A DNA stretch of 64,000 bases. It comes from Planctomycetota bacterium. GTDB lineage: Bacteria > Planctomycetota > PLA2 > JAEUHO01. Made by a program: the position numbers and the translations under genes. This document shows positions 8,802-17,711 of this stretch, one piece after another (the first letter of the stretch is position 1; the number at the start of each line of letters is the position of its first letter). Under the pieces are notes generated by a model. That model did no database searches. It saw only the letters and a list, made by a program, of their open reading frames with translations, and had not been told where the DNA came from. Location: the NCBI GenBank assembly GCA_965222115.1, contig CBDCTJ010000007.1, positions 1,152,001 to 1,216,000 on the forward strand, given 5' to 3'.

Positions 8802-10208
8802 GTGATCCGCGAACCGTCCCTACGCACTTCCGGAGACCGCGTGTCCGTTTCAAGGCTCACTTGGCATCTTACCCATGGGCGGTGGAATCCCGGTTGGCGC
8901 AAACGCCTAAGGGAGATCCGGCGTGTCTCTCGCAAGGACACCGATGCCTTTGCCACGTGGCAGTCCTCGCGCATTGAGCAACACTTAACGTGGGTGCGTG
9001 ACCACATGCCTTACTTTCGTGATGCAGCGCCCACGCCTAACACAGCGCTCGCGCTTAACACATTATCGGCATGGCCAATTCTTTCGCGCGCGAATGTGCA
9101 AGAACACCGCGAAGCGCTTCGCGATTTTTCCCGCGGGCCCGAGACTCTAAACGTTGACGCCACCGGCGGATCCACGGGCGAACCCGTCCGGTTCTATAAC
9201 GATGCCGACTATCAATGCGCCACCTTTGCATCGGAACTGCTGCTTTACGAGTGGTGGGGTGTGAAGCCCTGGTCGCGGCTCGCTGTGATTTGGGGCGATG
9301 ACCGCGAACTCGCGTCGGTTTCGAAGATAGAACAGTGGATCGAACGACTCCTCGGACGTATTCACCTAAACGCGTTCGATGTGTCGCCGGAGGATCTTGC
9401 GGCATTTCGAGCCAAGTTGGTGAAGCATCGTCCTGCGGTTGTGCAGGGTTACGCCACCGCCCTTGAGTTGGTTGCCTCGTATCTGGTTGAGCAGGACGAG
9501 ATTCGGGTGCGCCCGTCCTTTATTCGTTCCGCCGCCGAATCGCTGTTGCCCGCGCAGCGCGATGTGATTGCGCGCGCATGGGGTCGACCCGTCTGTGATG
9601 TCTACGGTTCGAGAGAGAGCGCGAGTCTCGCGGCGCAGTGTCGTCATGGCGGCTTCCATGTGCTTGCGCACGGTAAAGTAATTGAGCTTGTTGATGACCG
9701 GGGCAGCGCCGTGCCGCCGGGCGAACCCGGGCGCGTATTGATTACCGATCTCACGAACCGCGCCTTTGGGTTTGTGCGTTATGAAAATGGTGATGTGGCG
9801 TCGTGGTCCAAGGAAACACGTTGCGCCTGCGGATCGCCTTATCCCATGCTCGAAAAAATTTATGGACGCACGAGCGACTTTATTACGACACCCGATGGGC
9901 GTCGGATTCACGGTGAGTGGTTCACTCATTTGTTTTACGATGTCGAGGCGGTTTCGCGCTTTCAACTCGTCCAGACCGGCACCCATCGCATCGAACTTTT
10001 GACGGAAGGCCCGGCGCAAGAGGACACGCTGGCACCGATTCTTGCGACTATGCGCGAGCGGCTTGGGCCCGACGTCGCAATAGCGTGGCGTCGCGTGGAC
10101 CAGATCCCGCGCACCACATCGGGCAAGCACCGATTCACAATTTCACACGTTCCCTATTTGCACGCCGACGTCTCATCGTCCAGACAAGCTGCAACGGAGT
10201 CTCCGTGA
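8802..10208 (+). CDS. CapK / phenylacetate-CoA-ligase-like adenylate-forming enzyme (copy 3)
   Basis: TGGSTGEP, QGYATAL, YGSRES, FVRYENGD, GRTSD, TSGKHRF. Confidence 0.88.
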   Translation: MIREPSLRTSGDRVSVSRLTWHLTHGRWNPGWRKRLREIRRVSRKDTDAFATWQSSRIEQHLTWVRDHMPYFRDAAPTPNTALALNTLSAWPILSRANVQEHREALRDFSRGPETLNVDATGGSTGEPVRFYNDADYQCATFASELLLYEWWGVKPWSRLAVIWGDDRELASVSKIEQWIERLLGRIHLNAFDVSPEDLAAFRAKLVKHRPAVVQGYATALELVASYLVEQDEIRVRPSFIRSAAESLLPAQRDVIARAWGRPVCDVYGSRESASLAAQCRHGGFHVLAHGKVIELVDDRGSAVPPGEPGRVLITDLTNRAFGFVRYENGDVASWSKETRCACGSPYPMLEKIYGRTSDFITTPDGRRIHGEWFTHLFYDVEAVSRFQLVQTGTHRIELLTEGPAQEDTLAPILATMRERLGPDVAIAWRRVDQIPRTTSGKHRFTISHVPYLHADVSSSRQAATESP

Positions 10209-12418
10209 GCGACGCTCCCAAGAAACTGCTGATGCTCTGCGACGTGTTCGGTGGTGCCCACGGGGGCACCGAAGGGCAGATGGTGGCGTTGGCGCGCGGA
10301 CTGCCATCTCCGTGGACCGCAACGTTGTGGGTATTACAGGATTCCGATTACTTGGCCAGTCACCCGTTTCCTTGTTCGTGGCGCGCCATGAACATACCCG
10401 CAACCAAGAATCCTGCATACCCCCGTTGGCTAAAACGCGAAGCCCGTCGCATTGCCGAGCAAGACTTTGACTTGATCCACGCGTTTCACTCCGACACCTG
10501 CGTGGTAGCGCCGATCTTGGGACGCTTGGCCGGTGTGCCGGTGATTACGTCACGTCGCGATCAGGGCTATTGGCAAACACGTCGCATGATCAGCGTCTTG
10601 CGTCGTGCCAACCGCGCGGCGGCACGCATCATTAGCAACAGCGACGCGGTCGCGCGCCGAACCATCGACATTGAACACGCGCTGCCCACGCAGCTGGCCG
10701 TCGTAGGCAACGGCCACGATCCTGCGCGCTTTGAAACACCCCCCGATGTGTCGCTTCGTGAGCGGCTAAACATTCCGAACGATGCACAATTGATTGGACT
10801 CGTCGCCAACTATCGACCACTCAAGCGGCAGATCGATCTTATTGACGCGCTTGCGAACCTGCGCGACGATCATCCGACGGCTTACGTTCTCTTCGTAGGA
10901 ACGGGTGGTGGCATGCACACGCTGCTCAAGCGAGCACGCGAATGTTCTCTGTTGGACCGCATTCGCGTTCATCCCGTGCGCGGCGATGTCGTGCCGGTGG
11001 TGAAGAACTTAGACATTGGCGTGCTCTGCTCGGAGAGCGAAGGGCTCTCCAATGCAATCATTGAATACATGGCGTGTCGCTTGCCGGTGGTGGCCACGAA
11101 TGTGGGCGGCAATCCCGAACTGGTCACTGACGGAGAGAACGGTTTGCTCTATGCGCCCGGCGACGTGGATCAGTTGGCGTCGGCGCTTGCGCGCTTGCTG
11201 AGCAACGAACGCGAACGCACCGCCATGGGGGATGCATCGCGCCGTCGCTTTGATGAGCGATATACGCTTAGGCGCATGCTTCACGACACTGTGGCCACGT
11301 ACGAAGACGTGCTTCAAGAACGGAAGCAACCTGCAATCGATCTATGGTCATGGCGAGAGGTCGTCACGGAGCAAGGCCTGGACGCTATTGAAGACGAATG
11401 GCGAGCGCTGGCAGGGGAAGGGCAGTTCTTCTGTGGCCCGTCGTGGGTGCGCACGTGGCTACGCACCGGGGATCATCGCCCCAGCGTGTGGATTGCTCGT
11501 GATGCATCGGGCGCGGTGTGTGGCGTGATGCCGCTTACGCGTTCGTCGCGAGGCACGCTCCGATTTTGTGGACAAGAACGAGGCGCCGATCACTTGGATG
11601 TGGTTGCGCCCATCGAGCAGCGCGCAGCCATCGCCTATTCGTGGCTCAAGCAGATGGCCGTGACACCCGGTTGGACGCGCATGGTGCTCGAACACGTACC
11701 CGAGGGCGCCGCGTTGCGCCGTGCGTTGCGCTTGCATCAGGGCAAGATTCCCTATGGGGAGCGTCGTGCCACCGTGTGTCCGTACATCGATACGACCACT
11801 TCGTGGGACGAGTTCTTGATCCAGAAGTTTAGCCGTAAGCGTCGTCACGAGTTGCGGCGTGTACTCCGGCGTTTTGAGGAACGTGAGGGCACGCGGGTGG
11901 TGTACGCCACCACGCCAGAAGAGACCACGTCACTTCTGGATGTGTTGTTCACGCTCCACCGCGCCCGGTTTACCGATCAGGGCAAAGAGACATCTTTTGA
12001 GGGCGACGAGGTCGCGGCATTTCATCGCGCGCTGGCCACTACACTTGTCACGCGCGACGAGCTGTTCTTGGCCGCGCTCTACGACGGCGATAAGCCATTG
12101 GCCTGCTACTATGGATTTCGTGATGGCGACAAGATGTACCACTTTCAAAGTGGCATCGCCTCCATCGAACGTGGGACGAGCCCCGGCACCATTCTTCGCG
12201 CCATCGTCTTGCGCGACATGGTCTTTGGGTCGGGCTTACGCGAGTTTGACTTTCTCGACGGCGATGAGGCCTACAAGTTTCAGTGGGCCACCGGCGTGCG
12301 CGGACTCTACGACCTACACATTGCGCGCCCCAGTCGTCGTGGGCGCGCACGCGTCTTACTGGGCGGCATCAAAGAACTCGCCAAGGACGAGGTCAAGCAC
12401 ATGCTGGGCCGCAAGTAG
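10205..12418 (+). CDS. Fusion: GT4 glycosyltransferase + CelD/BcsL-like GNAT acyltransferase
   Basis: GTG 10205 overlaps the upstream TGA. N-half has GGTE, SESEGLSNAIIEYMA and PVVATNVGGNPE; C-half has SRKRRHELRR, FTLHRARF, SPGTIL and FDFLDGDEAYKFQWA. Confidence 0.88.
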   Translation: MSDAPKKLLMLCDVFGGAHGGTEGQMVALARGLPSPWTATLWVLQDSDYLASHPFPCSWRAMNIPATKNPAYPRWLKREARRIAEQDFDLIHAFHSDTCVVAPILGRLAGVPVITSRRDQGYWQTRRMISVLRRANRAAARIISNSDAVARRTIDIEHALPTQLAVVGNGHDPARFETPPDVSLRERLNIPNDAQLIGLVANYRPLKRQIDLIDALANLRDDHPTAYVLFVGTGGGMHTLLKRARECSLLDRIRVHPVRGDVVPVVKNLDIGVLCSESEGLSNAIIEYMACRLPVVATNVGGNPELVTDGENGLLYAPGDVDQLASALARLLSNERERTAMGDASRRRFDERYTLRRMLHDTVATYEDVLQERKQPAIDLWSWREVVTEQGLDAIEDEWRALAGEGQFFCGPSWVRTWLRTGDHRPSVWIARDASGAVCGVMPLTRSSRGTLRFCGQERGADHLDVVAPIEQRAAIAYSWLKQMAVTPGWTRMVLEHVPEGAALRRALRLHQGKIPYGERRATVCPYIDTTTSWDEFLIQKFSRKRRHELRRVLRRFEEREGTRVVYATTPEETTSLLDVLFTLHRARFTDQGKETSFEGDEVAAFHRALATTLVTRDELFLAALYDGDKPLACYYGFRDGDKMYHFQSGIASIERGTSPGTILRAIVLRDMVFGSGLREFDFLDGDEAYKFQWATGVRGLYDLHIARPSRRGRARVLLGGIKELAKDEVKHMLGRK

Positions 12419-12436
12419 TCGTCGCGACTAGTCGCG

Positions 12437-12901
12437 TTACTCGGCGGGTTTGGTCTCTTCGGCCTTGGGCGTATCGGGCGCGGTTGCTGCCGAAGCAAGT
12501 TTTTTGGCGAGATCGGGATTGCTCGTAAGCATGCAAGCGCCCCAGCCCGCTAGGCTTGCGAGGAAGTAGAACCAAAATCCAATTCCGTTTGAGCCACCAG
12601 CGATGAGGCCTGCAATACAGAATATGGACGATACAAAGAACACCAGCGTGGCCACGGTTACGTGTCGCCCGGCGCTCATATCGAGCCACTCGGTCTTACC
12701 TAAGAACAAACCTCCAGAGACGAGGGTTACAAGTGAGGCGAACAGCAACAAAAACGCTCCACCTGGAGGCCCACCAATAAAGTGAATCCACCTCGTCTTG
12801 TCGTTTCCAGCCGGAACTGTGGCAATGGGAAGAACGAGTGCTGACACCAACATGACCAGGGCACAGATCGCCATCACCATGATCAGAAATTTGCGATTCA
12901 T
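12437..12901 (-). CDS. Hypothetical four-TM membrane protein
   Basis: AAGGAG RBS before ATG 12901; four hydrophobic segments and a charged tail. Confidence 0.7.
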   Translation of the reverse strand: MNRKFLIMVMAICALVMLVSALVLPIATVPAGNDKTRWIHFIGGPPGGAFLLLFASLVTLVSGGLFLGKTEWLDMSAGRHVTVATLVFFVSSIFCIAGLIAGGSNGIGFWFYFLASLAGWGACMLTSNPDLAKKLASAATAPDTPKAEETKPAE

Positions 12902-12941
12902 ATCGGGGCTCCTTCCAGGTTCGCCGGGATACTTCGGGGAC

Positions 12942-13019
12942 TCCAAGCTTGCACAACGATTCGTGGAATTGCAAAGCTTACTCGCCCACCGTCAAGAAGC
13001 TCGATTCTACGTCTTCCAC
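12942..13019 (-). pseudogene. Probable remnant of a Doc/Fic toxin N-terminus
   Basis: GTG overlapping the antitoxin stop (TAGTG) reads VEDVESSFLTVGE*ALQFHESLCKLG, resembling Doc N-termini (FLTxxEVLxIH). Internal TAA; no HPFxxGNxR motif follows. Confidence 0.45.
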
Positions 13020-13243
13020 TACTCCGCCAACTTCTTCAAAGCCCCGTGATACGTCTCATTGATCTTCAGGAGCGACGACTGGAGCTGCTGCGCGCGCTCG
13101 TCGTCTACTGGTGTAATGACGAGACGGCCGTCCTCGGCGGTGATCGAAAGAGTCGTGGTGTCGTCGATCCCAAGTCTCTCCAACATGGCCCCGTCAATGA
13201 TTAGTGCTAGGCCATCGCCGTGTTTGGTCAGTCGCTTGATCAT
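13019..13243 (-). CDS. AbrB/MazE-fold antitoxin (addiction-module antidote type, usually paired with Doc)
   Basis: MIKRLTKHGDGLALIID...LGIDDTTTLSITAEDGRLVITPV...YHGALKKLAE; GGGAG RBS before ATG 13243. Confidence 0.8.
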   Translation of the reverse strand: MIKRLTKHGDGLALIIDGAMLERLGIDDTTTLSITAEDGRLVITPVDDERAQQLQSSLLKINETYHGALKKLAE

Positions 13244-13294
13244 CGAGGTCTCCCTGCGAATGCGAAACATCGTAGCACCCGTCGATCTGAGTGC

Positions 13295-14458
13295 TTACCG
13301 AACGTCTCGGTTAGCGAGTGTTCGATACAGCGCCTCGAGTTTTCGTGACTGCACGGCTGCGTCGTAGCGATTTCGTACGCGTTCAAAGGCCGTGTCGCCA
13401 AGATTGGCTCGTTCCACGTCTTCTCGGGCGAGGCGTTCTAGGACGGTTGCAAGCGCACGCGCATCGCCCGCTGGGACCATGGCGCCCGCTGCGCCGTGAT
13501 CCAGTGCCCTCGGCAAACCACCCACACGACTGGCAACAATGGCGCGTCGCGCTGCCATGGCTTCGAGTACAGCCAAGGGCAAACCTTCGCGGTGGGAAGG
13601 AAGCGCGAAAATGTCGGCGGCGCCGAGGCAGGCGGCGGGGTCTTTGCGCCAACCGGCGAAGGTCGTTACAGCATCAATGCCCACCTCGCCTGCGAGGAGT
13701 TCGAGACGCTCTCGCTCCATGCCATCACCGACCAGCACGAGGCGCACGTTGAGTGACGATGCGCGCGCATGAACCAAGCCCACAGCCTCCACAAGTACGG
13801 CATGACCCTTCTCCGGACTCAAGCGTCCGAGCGAAAGTACAACGATGTCCTGTTCACGGGTGCCGAAGGAAGCTCGCGTGCCCGCGCGATCGAGTGCGGC
13901 CTTGTTTGCCACGTCGTCCACATCGATGGCGTTCTCGACGCAGTGAAGTTGATCCGAACGCAGCCCGTCGCGCTCCAGCCGCAAGGCGAGCGCTTCGCTC
14001 ACGGCAATCACCGCGTCGAATTTCTTGAGGCTCTTGCGGTCCAGTGCCTCGAAGATGCGGATCTTCCAGTTCTCCCCCGTGTAGCCGTGAACCAACGCCA
14101 CCGTCGGCGTTTTGGCGCCGCGCGTGGCTTGGCGCGCAATAAGGTTGGCTTTGTAGTCGTGACACACCAGTACATCTTGCGGGTGACGTTGGAGCCATTC
14201 GCGCAAGCGACGAACGATACGCCGGTCATAGCTAGTGCGCTGTGGGATCGCAAACGTGTCTACGCCATGCGCTTCGAGTGCCTTGAGAAGTTCGCTCGTG
14301 CTTCCCTCGCGAACGAAACTTGCCACCGTCATATGAACGTCGGGTGAAGCCAGGCGACATTGATTGAGAATCAGTCGTTCGGGCCCGCCAAAGATGTCGG
14401 CATTTCGCACATGGAGCACACGGAGGCGCGCATCGCCGGTGGTTGTCGTGGGCGTCAT
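13295..14458 (-). CDS. Glycosyltransferase family 4
   Basis: GGPER, CHDYKA, LGRLSPEKGH, LPSHREGLPLAVLEAMA, SRVGG. Confidence 0.9.
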   Translation of the reverse strand: MTPTTTTGDARLRVLHVRNADIFGGPERLILNQCRLASPDVHMTVASFVREGSTSELLKALEAHGVDTFAIPQRTSYDRRIVRRLREWLQRHPQDVLVCHDYKANLIARQATRGAKTPTVALVHGYTGENWKIRIFEALDRKSLKKFDAVIAVSEALALRLERDGLRSDQLHCVENAIDVDDVANKAALDRAGTRASFGTREQDIVVLSLGRLSPEKGHAVLVEAVGLVHARASSLNVRLVLVGDGMERERLELLAGEVGIDAVTTFAGWRKDPAACLGAADIFALPSHREGLPLAVLEAMAARRAIVASRVGGLPRALDHGAAGAMVPAGDARALATVLERLAREDVERANLGDTAFERVRNRYDAAVQSRKLEALYRTLANRDVR

Positions 14459-16767
14459 CGTCCGCGATCCTCCTCGGGCATGGAGAGGGGGACCGCAGCA
14501 GACACCGCGGACGCGTTCAAGCTGTGATCGACAGTGCCAGCCGTAACCCGATACGTTCGTCCGGGTTCCAAACCACCAAGTTCGATGACGGACTCAGATG
14601 ATGTGCCCACCAGTCGTCCATCCAGCCACACGCGGTAGGCGCGAACACCCACATTGTCTCGAGCACCATCCAAGGACACCGTGGCCACCGACGCCGAAAG
14701 GGGTACGGCGCGCACGCGCGTTGGTGCGGCGGGCGGTTTTGTATCCGATGTTGCGCCACTTGATTCGTCAAGCGTCACGTAGAGCGCGGTGGTGCCACGA
14801 ATGCGGTGTTTCCCCTTGTAACTGTGCGTGCCATGGCTGACGGCGAGTTGAAATGGAGGCTCATGGGTTACGGATGGTCCTTTGCCAATGTCGGCAAATC
14901 GCACGACGAGTTGGGCCGTGCCTTGATGATTGGCTGTGGCATCCACGACCTGTTTCCCGCTCGCGGACCGCACGCGAATACGCGCACCCTGCACCGGCGT
15001 TCCGGATTTCGACATCACCCGCACCGTGATGGTTGCCTCGCGCGCGCTGTGAAACGGGCCCGGGCTTGCCCACTGCGATCCCGACGTAATCGAAACATCG
15101 GTGTCGGCGTCGCGAATGATGTGGCCGCGGCTGGGTTGGTCGCCTGAGTTGTCCCAGCGCTCAAACTCGGGTCGATGACGCTTTCCCTTACCCGCATCGC
15201 GCCGCCAAACGTTGTCTTGAATTCGAGCGCCCCGTCCGGCTCCCCAAGCGCGATGAATGTATTCATCCGTCGCCAGAAACACATTGTGACGGAGATCGAT
15301 GACCGACGCATCTCGTGGGGGGGCTGCATCGGGGCCTTCGGTCCAGCTAAGCGCGCGCGCTGGAAACGGGTCGTGCGTAGAGCGCGCGCGAAACACGTTG
15401 TGATGCACGCGTGTATGTCGAGCGGGCCCCAAGGCAATATCGAGCGCGTACGCTCCGCCATGGTCCGCATCCCCCAGGGCGTCCACGGTGTTGTGATGGA
15501 TGTGTGCGTGGCTTCCACGTTCGATCTTGATGCCGTGCGTCCAATGCAGATCGGGGTATTCCGGATTGGGTCGATCGCTGGCATGAACGCGGTTGTGGTG
15601 CACATGGGCGTAGTGGCCAAAGTTGTCCTCGCCGTCAATATGAATGCCCCGCGACTCGCCGCGCAGTTCATTTTCGTACACGTCGGCGTGGGGTTTGTGA
15701 ATGCCAATCATGTAGGCGTTGGCCACGCGCGACACCGTGCCCAATACCCGATTGTGGTGTATCAAGAACGCGCCGTTGGTAGTCTTCCCTTGCACTTTGA
15801 TGCCCCATTGAGGCGAGGCGGTCACGAGATTTTGGTCAACTTCGCAGGCGCCGACAATGCCCTCCATCCAGATGGCCGCTACGCCGGGATAACTTCGATC
15901 GGTTACCGTTTTGGTGCGACATGCGATGCGGCAGTGATCCACACGCACATCGCCTTTGGGTTCTTCGTAGATGACGATGCCGCTTGTGTCCGGCCCCGAC
16001 ACGTTGATGGTAAGCGCACTCAAGCGGATGTGGTGCCCGCCTCGAAACTGCACGGCGGGACATTCACGTCCTTTGCCGGCTTGCTCGAGTGTTCCGTTGC
16101 ACACCACGGAGCTGCCGGGGTCGTAGAGGTACTCCGAAAACACCCCACACGCGCCCTTTGAACCGCTGGTGCCATAGCGCACGCAGTGTCCGTTTAGGTC
16201 AAGCGTGACGTCGGGCGCGGCGATAGTGAACGCTGTGCCCTTGCAAGTTATGTCTTTCGTGAGCACATAGCGCGTGTCACGCGTCGTCAATTTCATGGGT
16301 TTGTTGACGGTGACGGTGTTCTTGCGTTGCGGATACATGAGCGTTCCAGGCACACGCGCCGATATTGCGCGGCTCCAAGGACCCGTTCGCCTGCTGTCGG
16401 CGATTCGAAGCATCAATTGAAGCGTTCGTCCCGCTTCAAGCGGTCCAATCTCCAGCGCGAAATGCTGGTCTTCACCGATCGCACTTCGGACGGGAACGCG
16501 AAGCAACTTCTTGTCCTGCACGTTTCCGGCGAGCGACATGTGTTGCACGGATGCGCGCACATCAAAGGTTGGCTTGGCCAGGTCTCCGTGTACGTCAAAC
16601 GTCAAGACGACGAATCCAGCGTCTTCACTCGTACCTGTCGCAAGATTGCGAATCGTAGGCGCGGTAGCGATCGGCGATCGCGCAGCCGCGAGTGGGGGCG
16701 AGAGGGTGAGCCCGATCGCCAAGAAGATCCACCCTGCGCATTGACTGTGGCGGTACCTCCGATTCAT
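14455..16767 (-). CDS. Secreted right-handed beta-helix (pectin-lyase-like fold) protein with C-terminal fibronectin type III domain
   Basis: Signal peptide from ATG 16767 (ATGA overlap). YVLTKDI...VTLDLNGH, repeated IHHN/VHHN/VYEN coils, and DTKPPAAP...DNVGVRAYRV...GLEPGRTYRV (FN3). Confidence 0.75.
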   Translation of the reverse strand: MNRRYRHSQCAGWIFLAIGLTLSPPLAAARSPIATAPTIRNLATGTSEDAGFVVLTFDVHGDLAKPTFDVRASVQHMSLAGNVQDKKLLRVPVRSAIGEDQHFALEIGPLEAGRTLQLMLRIADSRRTGPWSRAISARVPGTLMYPQRKNTVTVNKPMKLTTRDTRYVLTKDITCKGTAFTIAAPDVTLDLNGHCVRYGTSGSKGACGVFSEYLYDPGSSVVCNGTLEQAGKGRECPAVQFRGGHHIRLSALTINVSGPDTSGIVIYEEPKGDVRVDHCRIACRTKTVTDRSYPGVAAIWMEGIVGACEVDQNLVTASPQWGIKVQGKTTNGAFLIHHNRVLGTVSRVANAYMIGIHKPHADVYENELRGESRGIHIDGEDNFGHYAHVHHNRVHASDRPNPEYPDLHWTHGIKIERGSHAHIHHNTVDALGDADHGGAYALDIALGPARHTRVHHNVFRARSTHDPFPARALSWTEGPDAAPPRDASVIDLRHNVFLATDEYIHRAWGAGRGARIQDNVWRRDAGKGKRHRPEFERWDNSGDQPSRGHIIRDADTDVSITSGSQWASPGPFHSAREATITVRVMSKSGTPVQGARIRVRSASGKQVVDATANHQGTAQLVVRFADIGKGPSVTHEPPFQLAVSHGTHSYKGKHRIRGTTALYVTLDESSGATSDTKPPAAPTRVRAVPLSASVATVSLDGARDNVGVRAYRVWLDGRLVGTSSESVIELGGLEPGRTYRVTAGTVDHSLNASAVSAAVPLSMPEEDRGR

Positions 16768-17711
16768 GCCATGACCGACGCACCGTCCGACAATGCGTGC
16801 TCGCCCGTAATCAGTGACTGCACGTCGCGCGGTCCCGATGTCGTGCTCTTTGCCGCGAGAGCAAGCACGTCGCGCATGGTGCCAAATCGATAGCGCTTGA
16901 GCAGGCGCTCCAGTCGACCGGCCATTTTGTGGAGTCCCACGTAGTGGCGGAACGTCGTGGCGCGTCCCGCGCCAGACATACGCGGTTGATCGGGATCGAC
17001 TTCCCACGGATGGAGATACACTACCGCGGGTTGCCCTCTGCGATTGGCCCGCGATATCGCGCGTCGCATGAGGGCGGGCGGCAAGACGCGCATCCATCCA
17101 CCGCCCGCCACCGGCAAGTTCTTACCCCACATGCGAAGCGTGGTCATGGGGAACTCCCAAATCGCGTGGCCTTGTAATGTCTTGAGATGGACCGGGAAGC
17201 GCGGGAAGGTGGGAATGCCGTAGCGATCGTGGCGCACCGGGAAAATGCTGCTGCTGTAGGTATAGCCCTCTTCGGCCAATACATCGAGTGCCCAGATTGA
17301 CTGTGGACACACCGAGAAGCTCGGCGCGCGAAACCCGTCGATCGCTACATCGGTGGCTTGGGTGAGTGCTTCTTTCGCGCGCCTTAAGTCGGCGCGAAAC
17401 GCGTCTGGCGTCATGCTGTTAACAAGACGGTGTTCATAACCATGCGAAGCCACTTCGTGTCCTGCATCAGCAATGGCTCGAATGAGCGACGGGTATCGCT
17501 CGGCGACCCAACCCAGCGTAAAGAACGTGGCCTTCGTGTCGTATTTCGCAAAGAGCGCAAGCAGCCGTTCGGTGTTGGCTTCCACGCGGCACTCGTAGTC
17601 GTTCCATGTGCCGCGGTCCACTAGATGTTCAAACGCCGAAACCTGGAAGTAGTCCTCCACGTCGACGGACATGGCATTCAGCGGCCGCGCGTCATGCGTT
17701 TTGTCAATCAT
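16764..17711 (-). CDS. XrtA/PEP-CTERM-type polysaccharide deacetylase (DUF3473-containing)
   Basis: NAMSVDVEDYFQVSAF, ATFFTLGWVAERYP, HEVASHGYEH, GFRAPSFS, YLHPWEVDPDQPR. Confidence 0.92.
   Translation of the reverse strand: MIDKTHDARPLNAMSVDVEDYFQVSAFEHLVDRGTWNDYECRVEANTERLLALFAKYDTKATFFTLGWVAERYPSLIRAIADAGHEVASHGYEHRLVNSMTPDAFRADLRRAKEALTQATDVAIDGFRAPSFSVCPQSIWALDVLAEEGYTYSSSIFPVRHDRYGIPTFPRFPVHLKTLQGHAIWEFPMTTLRMWGKNLPVAGGGWMRVLPPALMRRAISRANRRGQPAVVYLHPWEVDPDQPRMSGAGRATTFRHYVGLHKMAGRLERLLKRYRFGTMRDVLALAAKSTTSGPRDVQSLITGEHALSDGASVMA

Noticed and set aside
9917-10204. Long N-terminal extensions in the ORF track (also 6140-6598, 16768-17097, 35291-35671, 44273-44602, 53359-53712)
   Set aside because: They overlap neighbouring genes; downstream starts have an RBS or stop/start coupling.
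4712-10208. Phenylacetate catabolism or an NRPS-type cluster
   Set aside because: No paa genes, carrier proteins or condensation domains; the context is polysaccharide synthesis.
12423-12436. Palindrome CGCGACTAGTCGCG between convergent genes
   Set aside because: Too short, with no loop or U-tract, to call a terminator or insertion site.
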